The notes under the pieces are model-generated. The model worked only from the letters and a program-made list of their open reading frames with translations. It ran no database searches and had not been told where the DNA came from. From Mytilus californianus (lineage: Eukaryota), in assembly GCF_021869535.1 (NCBI RefSeq), contig NW_026262734.1:103912001-103976000 (forward strand): a DNA stretch of 64,000 nt, written 5' to 3'. Of the stretch, positions 61,298 to 64,000 are shown piece after piece; position 1 is the stretch's first letter; the number at the start of each line of letters is the position of its first letter. The position numbers and the translations under genes are program-made.

Positions 61298-62487
61298 CAG
61301 AATTGGACAACTAAATATTTAAGTCAGATTTGTTATAACAAACTTTATATTGGAAGATCTCTTTTGTTAATCCTTGCGCTATATGTTTATAGTCCTAAAA
61401 AAAATTGAAACTAGCCCGTTGAATTGTGTGTAAAATTGAAATGTATGCTAATTTTGATGTCATAAACAAATGTTTATGTGTAAATTAAAAAGAAAATATG
61501 AATCTCCTAACATTTTTTTAACTGTGATAAATTGTGATAATGGCCATTAAATTCTTATTTGAAAGTTAAGCTAGAAATAGTGAACTGGAAGACTGTTCCA
61601 TAAAGTAGTGGCTAATTTATATAAATGTTACCATACTCTATGTTCTGTGTTATCACCTGTATAATTCCTATGATATTGTTGTACTGAAAATATTATTTAT
61701 AATTTTTGGAATAGACTAAATTTGATGACCATACAGGTGCTGAATTGTTTAATATTCAAAAGTTTCTAAAGCCATATTCCTCATTTTTGAATTTTCTCAC
61801 ACTATGTCTCCTAAATAATTCTAAGCAGGTTTCATGCCAGCAGTTCTTATCATCCTTAAACGCTCACTCTTGCACTTTTTGATTTTTATAAAAATTCAGA
61901 GACAATTGGCAAAAATTAGAATCAAATAAAACAAAAGTACAAAAGATTGCTCTTTCATTTTAAATAGTGTATTCAAATATATACATTAATATTGGCCTTC
62001 CTATATATTTTATGCCTACATGTATAAATATCAAAATTTGCATGGTAATAAATGACAATTATGGAAAGTTTAATATTATTTTTGCTCTCTGAATTTTTAT
62101 AGAAGGGTTTTTTGTCCATATTTGTTTTCCCCACAGCTAAAATTGTGAAATTTGATTTATTTAAACAATATGTGTGGTATTTTACCTGACCAATACTCAT
62201 AAAATACTGGTACTGATTTTGTTTGTTTTCTCTGATAAAGTCATGCTTGACATTTTATGGCATTAACCCTGAATGCAGACATAATTGTAAACCAAATTAT
62301 CAATGCAAAAAGCATTGGGGAATAGTCCCAGTGTACATATACATCAAGCAAGACAATGAAAATACCATTTTGGTACATTTATGATTGCTGTCAATCAAAT
62401 TATTGTGATCTGATCAGATCAATAATAAAATCATTATTTCAGATATTTATTATCCATAATGGTATAGCAGGAAAATAAAGATAAAAG

Positions 62488-62546
62488 ATGGCAGGTGTGA
62501 ACAGAAACATTTTACAGTCAGAAGGATTTTCTGTCAGAAAAGATAT
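62488..62546 (+). CDS. Possible first coding exon of an unidentified downstream gene
   Basis: Acceptor cattatttcag at 62442, aaaagATGG at 62488, strong donor AT|gtaagt; MAGVNRNILQSEGFSVRKD. No homology recognised. Confidence 0.3.
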
Positions 62547-62595
62547 GTAAGTTCTCATACATAATTAAAGCAATTTCAATTTAAATTCATATAAC

Positions 62596-62805
62596 TACTG
62601 TAAATTTAGAAATTATTGCGATGTATTTATTATTGCGAAAAATGCGACAGGGTTATAATCGCAATAATTCAAACTCGCATTTTGAAATTTTTTATATTAA
62701 TTAAACAGGATTTTTCTCAATATCGCAAAAATTAAAATCGCATTTTAGTCTAAAATGACAAAATCGCAATAATAAATGCACGCAATAATTTCTGAATTTA
62801 CAGTA
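62596..62805. mobile_element. MITE (TACTGTAAATTCAG TIR family)
   Basis: Inverted near-identical copy of 44489-44703. Confidence 0.85.
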
Positions 62806-63523
62806 TTATCAAATAAATGTGAATGATAAAGATTTCTTGTAGAATAAAGATCATTATATTTCTTAAATGTATGAATAAACTTTAAGCACAGAAATATAAT
62901 AGAGAATGGAAACAGGGATTGTGTCGAAGAGACAACAACCCTATCAAAGAGCAGGATAAGCCCTAGGCCACCAATTGGTTTTTGATGCAGCGAGAAAATG
63001 TCTGCTTTCTCACTCTATGAACAATTTTTCTTCTTCTCTAAGTTCCTAAATTGAAGAATATGTTCTAGTTATCATGGATATAAACCTTGTCATTGGTTTC
63101 CTTTGCTTGTATCTTAGTTTTTATCTTTTATTAATACTATGTACTGATGCCAGTCTGTTGTCATCTCTTTAAATTCATCACACATCCAGGTTATACTCAT
63201 TGCAATTTAAAACTTGACATATGACAAACATTTGTCTATTGTTTATGCAGTATGTTGAATTATAGATGTCCTTTTCTTATTTTTGGTTGTTCCAATTGTC
63301 GAAACCACAACCCAGTCCTCTTTTGTGACCTGCCGAATGAGATTTACCACCAGGTTTGTACTTAAATGAGCAACATGACAATTGCCACATGAGGAGCAGG
63401 ATCTGCTTACCCTTCCAGAGTACCTGAGATCAGCCCCAGTTTTTGGTGGGGTTTCTTGTTGCTCAGTCTTTAGTTTTCTATGTTGTGTTATATGTTCTGT
63501 TGTTTGTCTTTTCTTCTTTTTCA

Positions 63524-64000
63524 TTTTTGTCTCGCCTGCGACAGAAGGCAAGACATAGATATTGCTTTTCTGTTGACAACATCGTTGTCGTTGTTGGCGT
63601 CAACAATTGTTAAGTTTTCTGCATAAGTTAGTTTGATAAGAACTACTTGTGAAAGATCAATGATATTTTGCATGAAGTTGCATTCGTATCAGTACATATC
63701 AGTTTGACAACTATTTTGAGGCCCTGCCCCCTAGGTCATGGTCCAGTAACTTTGAATTAATTAGCAATTTTCTATGTTAAGTTTTCTGCTTTAGTTAGTT
63801 TGATAGAAACTAATTACAATTGACAATTATATTTTCTATAAAGTTACATTACTGTCTGTACATCTCAGTTTGTTGACCATTTCGAGACCTTGCCACTAGT
63901 TCATGGTCCAGCTACTTTGAATTAATTAACAATTTTGCTGTCCATCCAATTGTCTTTTTCTAAATTTTATGCCGACAGGCGAGACATATCACTGTGTCAA
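63524..64000 (+). mobile_element. HINE family D copy
   Basis: Subterminal inverted repeat tgtctcgcctg / caggcgagaca, (gtt/gtc)n microsatellite, about 160-bp internal repeats. Confidence 0.65.

Noticed and set aside
63243-63551. 102-aa minus-strand ORF
   Set aside because: Antisense of an interspersed repeat and a HINE terminus.

Overview
AT-rich, intron-rich eukaryotic (animal) DNA. The repeat families resemble those I associate with mytilid mussels or other bivalves; this is inference, not a database result. I assembled four spliced protein-coding genes by hand from GT-AG sites, exon phases and remembered protein motifs. (1) MRPL44/mL44 on the minus strand, three 5' coding exons, running off the left edge. 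(2) MRPL57/mL63 on the plus strand, 3 exons, 116 aa; its ATG is only 122 bp from the MRPL44 ATG (head-to-head). (3) MPHOSPH9-like on the minus strand, 16 coding exons from 41165 to 17235, about 1837 aa, with a 2.76-kb acidic first coding exon. (4) MTRFR/C12orf65 on the plus strand, 2 coding exons, 203 aa, with a GGQ motif, divergent from MPHOSPH9 as in human 12q24.31. A fifth, unidentified plus-strand exon may lie at 62443-62546. Introns and intergenic DNA are dense in non-autonomous elements: Helentron-like HINEs with internal 160-170 bp tandem units, tRNA-derived SINEs, MITEs, fold-back palindromes, hAT remnants with 5-6 bp TSDs, a TIR family with 5-bp ANNNT TSDs, and 40, 50, 59 and about 120 bp minisatellites. 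There are no prokaryotic features and no CRISPR array. Most ORFs in the supplied track are repeat-derived or antisense noise.
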